Counted from the stretch's first letter, positions 36,386-46,459 are shown. The stretch is 64,000 nucleotides of DNA from an uncultured virus (IMG/VR IMGVR_UViG_3300006141_000006) (IMGVR_UViG_3300006141_000006); one strand, 5' to 3'. Translations and numbers: made by a program. Notes: generated by a model not told the origin, from the sequence alone.

Positions 36386-37500
36386 ACATTACCCGAGGGA
36401 AAATCCCCAGCGCAAAGAAAATTTGCGTGTATGGCGTGGAAGGTGTTGGAAAAAGCACCTTTGTGTCTCACTTCCCCGCGCCGCTGTTTATTGACACGGA
36501 GGACAGCACAAAGGAGTTGGACGTATCTCGGTTCGACAAGCCCACGTCCTGGGAAATGCTCTTGCAGGAAGTACGGTATGTAATTGACCACCACGAGGTT
36601 TGCAAGACGCTGATTATTGATACCTTGGACTGGGCGGAAAAGTTATGTATCAAGTCTGTCTGTGCCAAGTATCAGAAAAGCGGCCTGGAGTCGTTCGACT
36701 ATGGCCGGGGGTACACCTTCACCTATGAGAGTTTTGGGGAACTGCTGAACCTACTGTCAGAAGTCACGAATCGGGGTATCCATGTTGTACTTACCGCTCA
36801 TGCCGCAACAAAGCGGCGGGAGCAACCGGACGAATTTGGAACTTATGACTGTTGGGGACTGAAATTGATTGACAGTCCGAAATGTAGCATTGCCAACATG
36901 GTGAAGGAATACGTGGACATTCTGCTTTTCGTCAACTACAAGGTTATGGTTGTGGCGGCGGATGATAAAGGCAAAAAGCACAAAGCGCAAGGCGGCAAAC
37001 GTATCATGTATACTGCTCATCACCCGTGCTGGGACGCAAAGAACCGGCTGGGACTGCCGGAGGAGCTGCCCCTGGACTTCTCCGCCCTGGCGCAGTACAT
37101 CGGCACGGGGGCGGCCCCCGCCGCCCCGGTGACACCGCCCCCGGCGCAGGCCAGCGCCCCCGCCCCTGCTCCGGCCCCTGCGGGTACGAGTGCGGCCCCG
37201 CAACCGGCGCCGCCGCCCCCTCCGCCCCCGGCACCTGACCCGGCCCCGCCGCCTACCCCGGCACCCCAGGAGGACGCCAAGCCCCAGGATAACGCCGATG
37301 CGCTCAAGGCGCTGCGTGATCTGATGAAAGCCAACGGTGTGGATGATTACCAAGTGCAGGCGGCCTTTGCGGCCCGTGGGTATTTCCCGGAGCAAACCCC
37401 GCTGGAGAATTTGCCGGCCGACTTCATCCAAGGCGTTTTGGTCGGCGCATGGGCGCAGGTCTACAACTGGATTAAGGCCAATGACCCCCTCCCCTTTTAG
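36382..37500 (+). CDS. AAA_24/Sak4-like ATPase (recombination) with Pro/Ala-rich linker
   Basis: YGVEGVGKST, IIDTLDWAE, W.AKNR; acidic LPF tail. Confidence 0.85.
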   Translation: MNITRGKIPSAKKICVYGVEGVGKSTFVSHFPAPLFIDTEDSTKELDVSRFDKPTSWEMLLQEVRYVIDHHEVCKTLIIDTLDWAEKLCIKSVCAKYQKSGLESFDYGRGYTFTYESFGELLNLLSEVTNRGIHVVLTAHAATKRREQPDEFGTYDCWGLKLIDSPKCSIANMVKEYVDILLFVNYKVMVVAADDKGKKHKAQGGKRIMYTAHHPCWDAKNRLGLPEELPLDFSALAQYIGTGAAPAAPVTPPPAQASAPAPAPAPAGTSAAPQPAPPPPPPPAPDPAPPPTPAPQEDAKPQDNADALKALRDLMKANGVDDYQVQAAFAARGYFPEQTPLENLPADFIQGVLVGAWAQVYNWIKANDPLPF

Positions 37501-37596
37501 GGCCTTATAACCTGGGAAGGAAAGAGAGGATAGTTGTACGGCCAAGTGCAACTATCCTCCCGCAAAAATTTTGGACAGCTTGAAAGGAGCTACAAC

Positions 37597-38124
37597 ATGA
37601 GCGAGTACGATTCTATGCCCCGCGAATTTGGCTGGGATGATGAAATCCAGCGTGATGACAGCCCGTTCCAGGTTCTCCCCGAGGGGGACTACAACTTCAC
37701 CGTGAAGAAATTCGAGCGTGCCCGGCACAGCGGCAGCGAGAAAATCCCGGCCTGCAACAAGGCCATCCTGACGGTGACGGTCAGCAGCGCCGAGGCGTCT
37801 GGCGATGTGATAACCAGTCTGTTCCTCCACAGCAAGTTCGAGTGGAAACTGTGCCAGTTCTTTACCTCCATCGGCCAGCGCAAACACGGTGAGGCCATGC
37901 GGATGAATTGGGGGGCCGTCCCCGGCTCAACCGGCGTCTGTCATGTGGGTGTCCGCAAGTGGACGGGCAACGACGGCAAGGAGCGGGAGAGCAACGAGAT
38001 CACGGAGTTCTACGACCCGGAGAGTGCGCCGGCAGTCCAGCCCCCTGCGGTCCAAGGCTCCGACCAGCAGTGGACTGAATTGCCCCAGGGGACCCCCACC
38101 CCCTGGAACACGGGGACTTTCTAA
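37597..38124 (+). CDS. DUF669-like single-stranded DNA-binding protein
   Basis: LPEGDY.F.V motif; follows Sak4-like gene. Confidence 0.75.
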   Translation: MSEYDSMPREFGWDDEIQRDDSPFQVLPEGDYNFTVKKFERARHSGSEKIPACNKAILTVTVSSAEASGDVITSLFLHSKFEWKLCQFFTSIGQRKHGEAMRMNWGAVPGSTGVCHVGVRKWTGNDGKERESNEITEFYDPESAPAVQPPAVQGSDQQWTELPQGTPTPWNTGTF

Positions 38125-39705
38125 ATGGAGCTGAGGCCCTATCAACAGGAGGCCCGGGAGGCTGTAAAAAGCGACTGGGCCTCCGGGTTCCTCAGGACGC
38201 TCCTGGTATTGCCGACCGGCTGCGGAAAGACCATTGTTTTCTCAAAGATCGTTGAGGACATGGTACGCTCTGGCCGCCGGTGCCTGATTCTGGCCCATCG
38301 TGGGGAGCTGCTAGATCAGGCCGCCGACAAGCTGCTCCAGGCTACGGGCCTTCGCTGCTCCGTGGAGAAAGCGGAGGAGACGTGCCTGGACAGCTGGTAC
38401 CGGGTAACGGTTGGCTCCATCCAGAGCCTTATGAGGGAGAAACGGCTGGGACAGTTCCCGGCTGACTATTTCGACGTGATCGTGGTGGACGAGGCCCACC
38501 ATGCCCTGTCTGACGGCTATCAGCGGGTGCTTACCTACTTTGAAGAGGCGCGGGTACTGGGAGTTACCGCCACCCCCGACCGTGGGGATATGCGCAACCT
38601 GGGCCAGTACTTTGAGCACCTGGCCTATGAATATACCCTGCCCAGGGCCATCAAAGACGGCTATCTTTGCCCAATCAAGGCCGTCACCATCCCCCTGACC
38701 CTTGACCTCTCTCGTGTTGGGGTACAGGCTGGGGACTTCAAAAACTCCGACATTGACACGGCCCTTGATCCTTACTTACACCAGATCGCCGAGGAGATGC
38801 GTACCTACTGCGAGAACCGCAAGACGGTGGTATTCCTGCCCCTGGTACGCACTTCTCAAAAGTTTTGCCGCCTGCTCAATGCCCAGGGGTTCCGGGCGGC
38901 GGAGGTCAACGGCAATAGCCAAGACCGGGCGGAGGTCCTCAAGGACTTTGACGAGGGAAAATACAACGTCCTGTGTAACTCCATGCTGCTGACCGAGGGC
39001 TGGGACTGTCCCAGCGTGGATTGCGTGGTGGTGCTACGGCCCACAAAGGTACGGAGCCTGTATAGCCAGATGGTGGGACGTGGTACCCGCCTGTTTCCCG
39101 GCAAAGAGGACCTGCTGCTCCTGGACTTCCTGTGGCATACCGAGCGCCATGAGCTGTGCCACCCCGCCAACCTGATTTGTGAATCGGACGAGGTGGCCCG
39201 GAAGATGACCGAGAACATCGAGGCGGCCGGATGCCCGGTTGACATTGAGGAGGCCGAGAAAAAGGCCAGCGAGGATGTCGTGGCCCAGCGGGAGGAGTCC
39301 CTGGCAAAGCAGCTGGCCGAAATGCGCTCCCGCAAGCGCAAGCTGGTGGATCCCTTGCAATTTGAAATGTCCATCCAGGCGGCGGACCTGTCCAGCTATG
39401 TTCCCTCCTTCGGATGGGAGATGGGGCCGCCTAGCGACCAACAGCGGGCCACCCTGGAAAAGCTGGGCATTTTCCCGGACGAGATTGAAACCGCCGGCAA
39501 GGCGACGCTGCTCCTGGACCGGTTGGCAAAGCGCCGGGTGGAGGGCCTGACGACCCCGAAACAAATTCGGTTCCTGGAGGGCAAAGGGTTCCAGCATGTG
39601 GGCCAGTGGCAGTTTGATACGGCAAAGCACCTGATTGACCGGATTGCCGCCAATGGCTGGCGGGTGCCCGGAAACATTAACCCGTCTGAGTATGTAGGAG
39701 TGTAA
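38125..39705 (+). CDS. SF2 DEAD/DEAH-box helicase
   Basis: LRPYQ, PTGCGKT, DEAHH, TATP, QMVGRG. Confidence 0.93.
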   Translation: MELRPYQQEAREAVKSDWASGFLRTLLVLPTGCGKTIVFSKIVEDMVRSGRRCLILAHRGELLDQAADKLLQATGLRCSVEKAEETCLDSWYRVTVGSIQSLMREKRLGQFPADYFDVIVVDEAHHALSDGYQRVLTYFEEARVLGVTATPDRGDMRNLGQYFEHLAYEYTLPRAIKDGYLCPIKAVTIPLTLDLSRVGVQAGDFKNSDIDTALDPYLHQIAEEMRTYCENRKTVVFLPLVRTSQKFCRLLNAQGFRAAEVNGNSQDRAEVLKDFDEGKYNVLCNSMLLTEGWDCPSVDCVVVLRPTKVRSLYSQMVGRGTRLFPGKEDLLLLDFLWHTERHELCHPANLICESDEVARKMTENIEAAGCPVDIEEAEKKASEDVVAQREESLAKQLAEMRSRKRKLVDPLQFEMSIQAADLSSYVPSFGWEMGPPSDQQRATLEKLGIFPDEIETAGKATLLLDRLAKRRVEGLTTPKQIRFLEGKGFQHVGQWQFDTAKHLIDRIAANGWRVPGNINPSEYVGV

Positions 39706-39710
39706 GCGTA

Positions 39711-41924
39711 ATGGAAAACACCCTTGATCTGCTGGAGGCGCTGGAGCATATCGACCCGGCTGGCCTCTCATATCAGGAATGGGTTGCCGTTGGCATGGGA
39801 TTGAAGGAAGCAGGCTATCCCGCCTCTGCCTGGGAGGACTGGAGCCGTCGGGACGGTAAGCGGTATCATCCGGGGGAGTGCCTGCGCAAGTGGGAGAGCT
39901 TCACCGGGAATGCGGAGCCGGTCACAGGCGGCACGGTGGTGAAGATGGCCATGGACATGGGCTGGCGGCCTGCCCCCTCTCAGCCCGGCCATGAATTGAG
40001 CTGGGATGATGAAATCAGCGCAAAGGACGAGCAGATAATCGTCAATACGGCATGGTTGGAGAGCCGGGAGATACAGGAGCCCCCCGACAGTAAATGGCAC
40101 CCGGCCCATGACCTGATTGAATACCTCGGTACCCTCTTTTCCCCGGATGATTACGTCGGCTATGTGACAGAGACATTCGAGGCGGAGGACGGGGAGCGTA
40201 AGCCCACCCGAGGGAATTATGACCGCACGGCGGGCCAGCTGATCGAGGCGCTGAAGAAGTGCGGGGATGACCTGGGGGCGGTGCTGGGGGATTATGACCC
40301 CGGCACGGGGGCCTGGATACGGTTCAATCCCCTGGACGGCAAGGGCGTGAAGAATGACAACGTGACCGCCTTTCGGTTTGCCCTGATTGAATCGGACAGC
40401 ATGGATTTGGGGGAGCAGAACGCTTTTATCCGGGAATTGGAGTTGCCTGTGGCCTGCCTGGTGTACTCGGGCGGCAAAAGCATCCACGCCATTGTCCGCA
40501 TTGATGCCGCCTCTTATGAGGAGTACCGTACCCGTGTTGACTACCTGTATTCCGTCTGTGAAAAGAACGGGATGAAGGTTGACAAGCAGAACCGCAACCC
40601 CTCCCGGCTGTCCCGCCTGCCCGGCGCCAAGCGGAACAATCACAAGCAATTCCTGGTGGACACCAATATCGGCAAGGCCTCCTGGAGCGAGTGGAGGGAG
40701 TGGATCGAGAGCGTCAGCGACGACCTGCCCGACCCGGAAAATATGGCCTCCGCCTGGGACAACCTGCCCCAGCTGGCCCCGCCTCTGATTGAGGGCGTTC
40801 TGCGTCAGGGACACAAGCTGCTTCTGGCCGGGCCGAGCAAGGCCGGCAAGTCCTATGCTCTCATTGAGCTGTGCTGCTCTATCGCCGAGGGGCGGCCGTG
40901 GCTGGGCTTTTCCTGCGCTCAGGGGCGTGTCCTGTACGTCAACCTGGAGTTGGATAGGGCCTCCTGCCTACATCGTTTTCGGGACGTATACGAGGCCCTG
41001 GGATACCCCCCGCAGCACCTGGGGAGCATCGACGTTTGGAACCTCCGTGGCCGCTCCATCCCTATGGATAAACTGGCACCCAAGCTGATACGCCGCTGCC
41101 TGAAAAAGAACTATATCGCAATCGTTATTGATCCCATTTACAAGGTCATCACCGGCGACGAAAACAGCGCCGACCAGATGGCGAAATTCTGTAATCAGTT
41201 TGACAAGGTATGTACCGAGCTGGGCTGTGCGGTCATTTACTGCCACCATCACAGCAAGGGCAGCCAGGGGAGCAAGCGGAGCATGGATCGGGCCAGCGGT
41301 TCGGGCGTATTTGCCCGTGACCCTGATGCCCTCCTTGACCTCATTGAACTGCCGATAGGCGAGGATCTTCGCAAGCAGGAGATTAACAACGCTGTGGGCC
41401 GGGCCTGTACGGCGGCCCTCCAGGCGGCGGGGAAATTGGATGAAGTCAGCCAGGACGATCTATGCAGTGAGAAGGCCGCCCTGGCCGCCGTAGAGGCCGT
41501 TTTAGGGCCGCAGGGTTACAGGGACACTATGACCGCCGTGGAGGCCGCTAAAAAGGCCGCAGAAGCCCGTACAGGGTGGCGTATTGATGGGACACTCAGA
41601 GAGTTTCCGAAATTTCCCCCGGTCAACCTGTGGTTTGACTTTCCTGTTCACCGCAACGACGAGAGCGGCGTCCTGGCCGACATTGACCCGGAAGGGGATA
41701 CCCCCGGCTGGCAACGGGCCATGCAAAAGCGCAAGCCTAAAGAAGTCAAGGCAAAGGAGCGAAAAGATTCCATTGCGCTGGCATTTGAGGCCTGCGGCAT
41801 AGAGGGCAAAGTTACGATTAGCGCCCTTGCTGAGTACATGGGTGTGACGGAAAAAACGGTCAGGAACCGGCTGAAGGAGCACGGCGGCTTTTGGATTGAT
41901 GATGGGGAGGTCGGTAAAAAGTAG
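39711..41924 (+). CDS. Primase-helicase (PriCT-2 plus AAA_25/RepA-like)
   Basis: Y.EW..VGM.LK, SGGKSIHA, GPSKAGKS, IDPIY, HHHSKG; C-terminal HTH. Confidence 0.87.
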   Translation: MENTLDLLEALEHIDPAGLSYQEWVAVGMGLKEAGYPASAWEDWSRRDGKRYHPGECLRKWESFTGNAEPVTGGTVVKMAMDMGWRPAPSQPGHELSWDDEISAKDEQIIVNTAWLESREIQEPPDSKWHPAHDLIEYLGTLFSPDDYVGYVTETFEAEDGERKPTRGNYDRTAGQLIEALKKCGDDLGAVLGDYDPGTGAWIRFNPLDGKGVKNDNVTAFRFALIESDSMDLGEQNAFIRELELPVACLVYSGGKSIHAIVRIDAASYEEYRTRVDYLYSVCEKNGMKVDKQNRNPSRLSRLPGAKRNNHKQFLVDTNIGKASWSEWREWIESVSDDLPDPENMASAWDNLPQLAPPLIEGVLRQGHKLLLAGPSKAGKSYALIELCCSIAEGRPWLGFSCAQGRVLYVNLELDRASCLHRFRDVYEALGYPPQHLGSIDVWNLRGRSIPMDKLAPKLIRRCLKKNYIAIVIDPIYKVITGDENSADQMAKFCNQFDKVCTELGCAVIYCHHHSKGSQGSKRSMDRASGSGVFARDPDALLDLIELPIGEDLRKQEINNAVGRACTAALQAAGKLDEVSQDDLCSEKAALAAVEAVLGPQGYRDTMTAVEAAKKAAEARTGWRIDGTLREFPKFPPVNLWFDFPVHRNDESGVLADIDPEGDTPGWQRAMQKRKPKEVKAKERKDSIALAFEACGIEGKVTISALAEYMGVTEKTVRNRLKEHGGFWIDDGEVGKK

Positions 41925-42185
41925 AGGGAAAATAACGTAAAATTTCCCTTTCCCTCTGAGGGAAAAATACGGGATTTTCTCTCCTTTCCCTCAGAGAAAA
42001 AAACGCAAATTTCCTTTGTTTCCCTGCGGGAGAAAAAAACGGAAAAATCCGTTATTTTCCCGAGGGGAGAAAAAAGTACCCCCCTACGGGGGGTAAATAA
42101 ATCATTTCCCTGCGGTCAACGGGGGGAAGTAGTCGTGCGAAAGCTACGCACGACGACTCCTTCCCCCTGACCGTTGACAAAAAAG
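41925..42185. repeat. Putative replication origin: AGGGAAA/TTTCCCT iteron-like repeats and long hairpin
   Basis: Multiple GAG(G/A)(G/A)AAAA..ACG and TTTCCC copies; TACCCCCTACGGGGGGTA; GTCAACGG...CCGTTGAC stem. Confidence 0.55.
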
Positions 42186-42222
42186 TTTTCAACAATGTCG
42201 TACTTTAGCGAGGTAAAGACAC

Positions 42223-42618
42223 ATGAGAATTGAGTTTTTCATGCCGATGATCCCGCCCACCGCCACGCACCAGGAAAAGAAATGGCGGGTTGTGAAGGGC
42301 AAGCCGGTAAGCTACGATCCCCCGGAAGTGGTGGCGGCCCGGTCAAAGCTGACGGACCATCTGGCCGGGCATAGGCCGGAGCAGCGCATGAGGGGAGCCG
42401 TGCGGCTTTTGGTGAAATGGTGTTTCCCCAGGGGGGAGCATGAGGACGGCGAGTACCGGATCACCAAGCCCGACACGGATAACCTGAACAAGCTGCTGAA
42501 GGACTGCATGACCGCTGTGGGGTTCTGGAAGGACGATGCGCAGGTATCCTCGGAGATATGCGAAAAGTTTTGGGCCGAGGTACCGGGGATATACGTCTGC
42601 GCTGAGGAAATCAAGTAA
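42223..42618 (+). CDS. rusA: RusA-family Holliday junction resolvase
   Basis: KPDTDNL.K.L.D...DDAQV. Confidence 0.88.
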   Translation: MRIEFFMPMIPPTATHQEKKWRVVKGKPVSYDPPEVVAARSKLTDHLAGHRPEQRMRGAVRLLVKWCFPRGEHEDGEYRITKPDTDNLNKLLKDCMTAVGFWKDDAQVSSEICEKFWAEVPGIYVCAEEIK

Positions 42619-42661
42619 CAGGCAAATTGCCAACCGATTACGAATTTTGGAGGTTATCGCA

Positions 42662-43081
42662 ATGACAGCAAAAGAGTTAGCAATCGAATTGAATGGCCGG
42701 GATACCGGCGAGGAAATGGAATGGGGAGAGGCACAAGACGCAAAGGCTGCTGGCCTGGTTGTGGTGTACGGCTACTCCGACGATAATGTGGAGCTCTGCG
42801 GGGCCATCAACGACGAGGTTGGAGCCTACAACGGCACGACTGTCTACCTCACCCCTGACGGCATTCTCCAGGAGCCGGACTGCGGCCAGGATGATTGCCC
42901 GTACTTTGCCAAGGAGCGGGAGAAGGCCAAAAACATCAAGGCCGTGTGGCACGACGAGGGCGGCCCCAGCTGGACGTTCGAGACCGACATCCCCCACGAG
43001 ACGTTCACCATCATGGAGGACGGCGCACCGTGGTGCATCGGGATCGTGTTCAGCATGGCGGATTTGGAGGTGACGGTATGA
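42662..43081 (+). CDS. Conserved hypothetical phage protein
   Basis: GGAGG RBS; GYSDD..E..GAI.DE motif. Confidence 0.7.
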   Translation: MTAKELAIELNGRDTGEEMEWGEAQDAKAAGLVVVYGYSDDNVELCGAINDEVGAYNGTTVYLTPDGILQEPDCGQDDCPYFAKEREKAKNIKAVWHDEGGPSWTFETDIPHETFTIMEDGAPWCIGIVFSMADLEVTV

Positions 43082-43296
43082 ACCTCAAACCGTGTCCATT
43101 CTGCGGCTCACATGACGTAGCCATCATGCGGGAGGGCAAGAGCGATAAGAACGCTGCTTACCGGGTGGTGTGCCGCCACTGCAAGACCAGGGGGCCGAAG
43201 ACATGGGTGCAGCCCTGGCATGACACCAAGTTTGTTGCCCAGGGTCAGGCAGAGGCAGCATGGAATAAGCGACCGGGCCGGAGGGAAACGTCGTGA
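43078..43296 (+). CDS. Lar-family restriction alleviation protein
   Basis: LKPCPFCG...C..C...AWN.R. Confidence 0.8.
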   Translation: MNLKPCPFCGSHDVAIMREGKSDKNAAYRVVCRHCKTRGPKTWVQPWHDTKFVAQGQAEAAWNKRPGRRETS

Positions 43297-43425
43297 AGTA
43301 CTGCTGCAATGAATGCAAAAACAAGGACTGCCCAGTTAACTACAAAAACGCGCCCAAGGGAGCGCCGATTCAGCTCGCTGCCCTCTGCGGCTCGAAACAA
43401 TGCATGGGCTACAAGCGCCCGTGAG
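43215..43425 (+). repeat. Direct repeat copy 2 (homologous to 1-211)
   Basis: Direct comparison with the window start. Confidence 0.97.
43293..43424 (+). CDS. Small Cys-rich hypothetical protein (paralog of 79-210)
   Basis: GTGA overlap, conserved frame. Confidence 0.65.
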   Translation: MKYCCNECKNKDCPVNYKNAPKGAPIQLAALCGSKQCMGYKRP

Positions 43426-43435
43426 GAGGAGAACA

Positions 43436-43633
43436 ATGCCAGACTGTAAAATATGTGACCGCTCTGTTCTGGCGGGGCCGGTAATGCACAGCGAGTGCCT
43501 GAAGAAGCTGGTGGCTGAAACGGCGGAGCAGTTCTGCGACAACTACTGCCGCTGGCCCCTGACGAATGCCAATCAGCTTGAAGCGCATTGCGATAGCTGC
43601 CCCATGGAGCAGCTGATGAAACTGGCGCAGTAA
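43436..43633 (+). CDS. Small Cys-rich hypothetical protein
   Basis: GAGGAG RBS; CKIC, CDNYC, CDSCP. Confidence 0.65.
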   Translation: MPDCKICDRSVLAGPVMHSECLKKLVAETAEQFCDNYCRWPLTNANQLEAHCDSCPMEQLMKLAQ

Positions 43634-43647
43634 GACGAGGAGAAGAT

Positions 43648-44151
43648 ATGAAGATTCTGGATATAGTGAAGTTTAACGACGGAGTGGCGTTTGTCGTCGA
43701 CGAAATGCCCACCTTGACCTACGAGAAAATGGCCGCTCCGGTCTCGGCCTGCGAGGGTGAGTACGAGAAGTTCGCCTTTGCGGGAAGGGAGTTCCTGATT
43801 GGAAGCGATGAAAGAGGTGTGTTCTATGATATCCTGTATCACCGCGTCGAACCCGGTGGACGGAAAGCATTTGCTGGTCGCGAGTTTTCACTCCCGATGA
43901 TGAATGGTGAAACATTTAAAACCGATGGCTGGTGGTGGGACGGAGGTTCGACCGTGGCTGCGAGGATGCTCGGAATTGAGATGGGCAGAGTAACAATCAA
44001 AGACTGCTCTTCTCTCGAAAAATGCTTCGTTTTCACTGCACTGTATACGGACATGAAGATGTTCGATCTATCGTGTTATTGGGGTACATGGCAAACGGAG
44101 CCGCCCGGTGGTGGTCATCAGGGACACCACGTGCAAAACGGAGAAGTATAA
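43648..44151 (+). CDS. Hypothetical protein (3' end possibly rearranged)
   Basis: GAGGAG RBS; tail after ~44065 looks out of frame. Confidence 0.55.
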   Translation: MKILDIVKFNDGVAFVVDEMPTLTYEKMAAPVSACEGEYEKFAFAGREFLIGSDERGVFYDILYHRVEPGGRKAFAGREFSLPMMNGETFKTDGWWWDGGSTVAARMLGIEMGRVTIKDCSSLEKCFVFTALYTDMKMFDLSCYWGTWQTEPPGGGHQGHHVQNGEV

Positions 44152-44193
44152 CCCGATCTTCTTCATGGAGATTGAAGGCGTCAAGCCGGAGAA

Positions 44194-44577
44194 GTGAGGG
44201 AGGGGCGGACATGGCTTGCGCGGCTGACGCTGGCGACGGCGCGGCGGCTGGCCGTCCAGGAGTTCGGGACGGCAAAGGGCCTGGAGCCGGACCAGGGGAC
44301 GTGCCTGGAAGGGTTCTTCACTATGCAGATGGGGAACATGGGCGTATCCATCTGCCCGGACCTGGGAATGAGCGGGTGCATCGTGATCCGGGCCGGGCTG
44401 TGTACGGCAAGCCATACCTGTGTCGGCTACTTCAACCGGGAGACGCTGGAGCCGGACTTTGACGTAATGGACAAGTACGAGCGCCGGGAAAAGCGCGAGG
44501 CACTGGAAATCTGGGTGGGAGACATCGGCCCGGACGCCTGCCACAAGCTCATTGATGAAGTGTGGAACGCACAATGA
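44194..44577 (+). CDS. Hypothetical protein
   Basis: Co-oriented, coupled ORF; start uncertain. Confidence 0.55.
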   Translation: MREGRTWLARLTLATARRLAVQEFGTAKGLEPDQGTCLEGFFTMQMGNMGVSICPDLGMSGCIVIRAGLCTASHTCVGYFNRETLEPDFDVMDKYERREKREALEIWVGDIGPDACHKLIDEVWNAQ

Positions 44578-44807
44578 CAAACCTGGAACTAATCACACAG
44601 AACGCGCAGACGCTTGAAGATTTTCTGGAGGCCGTACAAGACGATGCACTGGAAGCGGAAGGATGCTCCTATGAATTGCACCCTCCACCAACGGTAGGGC
44701 CGGAAGAAATCGCGGTCACATGGAAAGAGTGGCTGGGGATGGATGCGGAGGACGAAATGGTGTGTCTGCCTAACGGGCGGACAATCGAGCGTTGGGAAAG
44801 TAGGTGA
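44574..44807 (+). CDS. Hypothetical acidic protein
   Basis: ATGA overlap; MTN.E.I N-terminus. Confidence 0.6.
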   Translation: MTNLELITQNAQTLEDFLEAVQDDALEAEGCSYELHPPPTVGPEEIAVTWKEWLGMDAEDEMVCLPNGRTIERWESR

Positions 44808-44816
44808 TAGCGGAAA

Positions 44817-45701
44817 ATGGACAAGGAGCAAACTGCGATTGCCCGCCTCCGGGAAGCGTCCTCTATGTCATTAAAGGTCTACAAGCAACCACTGGTGGTA
44901 ACGACATCCGGCGGGAAAGACAGCAGCGTGTGTGTTGCGCTGGCCGAGCGGGCCGGTATCCCATTTGAGGTCATGCACAATCACACAACGGCGGACGCGC
45001 CGGAGACGGTCTATTTCGTCCGGGATGAAATGCGGCGCTTAGAGTTTAAAGGAATTAAGTGTGATGTAAACTATCCGGTCTACAAAGGCGTGAGAACGTC
45101 AATGTGGCAGTTGATACCTCAAAAGTTAATGCCGCCGACACGGCTTGTTCGGTATTGCTGTGCAATCCTGAAAGAGCGCGGCGGGGCAGGGCGTTTCATT
45201 ACAACGGGTGTACGGTGGGAAGAATCGCCAAGCAGAAGGGAAAACAGAGGGATTTATGAAGCCGGGAGAAAAGTGGTCCTAAACAATGATAACGACGACC
45301 GCCGCCGCCTATTTGAAAATTGCCGATTGCAGGCAAAAAGGGTATGCAATCCGATTATCGAATGGACGGACGCGGATGTTTGGGACTACATCGAAAGTGA
45401 ACGCCTGACACTAAATCCACTGTATCAATGCGGATTTTCCCGCGTCGGATGTATCGGATGCCCCATGGCAGGAACGAAGGGCCGTCAAAAAGAGTTTGCA
45501 CGTTATCCTAAATACCAGTACAACTATATCCTTGCTTTTGACCGGATGCTGAAAGAACGGGAGCGAAAAGGAAAGATGCAAGGAAACTGGAATATGGGAA
45601 CGACCGGAGAAGATGTATTTCATTGGTGGATGGAGGACGGCGTGCTGCCTGGACAAATCGACATAGAAGATTTAATGGGCGAAATGGAGGACGAAGCATG
45701 A
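44817..45701 (+). CDS. PAPS-reductase-family (PP-loop) protein
   Basis: SGGKDS, RYCC..LKE, GVRWEES..R, RVGCIGCP. Confidence 0.88.
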   Translation: MDKEQTAIARLREASSMSLKVYKQPLVVTTSGGKDSSVCVALAERAGIPFEVMHNHTTADAPETVYFVRDEMRRLEFKGIKCDVNYPVYKGVRTSMWQLIPQKLMPPTRLVRYCCAILKERGGAGRFITTGVRWEESPSRRENRGIYEAGRKVVLNNDNDDRRRLFENCRLQAKRVCNPIIEWTDADVWDYIESERLTLNPLYQCGFSRVGCIGCPMAGTKGRQKEFARYPKYQYNYILAFDRMLKERERKGKMQGNWNMGTTGEDVFHWWMEDGVLPGQIDIEDLMGEMEDEA

Positions 45702-46459
45702 ACACAATCTACAAACCGAAGGGCGCGGCGGCGGAGTACGGCGACTATGCCGTGAACATCTACACCGGATGCCCCCACCGCTGCTACTACTGTTTCGCGC
45801 CCAAGGTCCTCCACCGGGACCGGGAAGCGTTTCACTCCTGCGTGGAGCCGCGCAAGGGAATTGTGGAGGAACTGCGGCGGAAGCTGGAGCGGGAGAAAAT
45901 CACTGGGAAGCTGGTCCACCTGTGCTTCACCTGTGACCCGTATCCCACCGGCTGCGACACGACCACCACGCGGGAGGTCATTCAGACGTTGAAGGAGTTC
46001 GGGAACCACGTCCAGATTCTCACCAAAGGGAGCGGGATTTGCGACTTTGACCTGCTGGACGGCGGGGATTGGTACGGCGTGACCATATCCTGCGGGTGGC
46101 CTATGGAAGATGCGGCGGAGCCCGGAGCGGTCAGCCTGGAAAGCCGCCTGTATGACCTGGAGGAAGCGAAGCGCAGGGGGATTAACACATGGGTATCGTT
46201 CGAGCCGGTCCTTGATCCGGAAGCCGTACTGGCGTGTATTTATGGATGCGCGTACTTCATCGACAAAGTAAAAGTCGGGAAGCTGAACTACCACCCGTCG
46301 GACATCGACTGGGGACAGTTTGGCCGCAACGCCGAAATGATGTGCCGGGAGCTGGGTCTGGACTACTACATCAAGGACAGCCTGCGGGCGGAAATGGACA
46401 AGCCCCCAACGCGCCGCGTGAAATCCGCCTGCTCCAGCGGTAGTGCAATAACCGCTTGA
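45698..46459 (+). CDS. Radical SAM protein (spore-photoproduct-lyase-like)
   Basis: N.YTGCPHRCYYC (CxxxCxxC), DPY, ILTK, SFEP. Confidence 0.85.
   Translation: MNTIYKPKGAAAEYGDYAVNIYTGCPHRCYYCFAPKVLHRDREAFHSCVEPRKGIVEELRRKLEREKITGKLVHLCFTCDPYPTGCDTTTTREVIQTLKEFGNHVQILTKGSGICDFDLLDGGDWYGVTISCGWPMEDAAEPGAVSLESRLYDLEEAKRRGINTWVSFEPVLDPEAVLACIYGCAYFIDKVKVGKLNYHPSDIDWGQFGRNAEMMCRELGLDYYIKDSLRAEMDKPPTRRVKSACSSGSAITA

Noticed and set aside
37110..37270. DNA tandem repeat element
   Set aside because: Low-complexity Pro/Ala linker codons within the Sak4-like gene.
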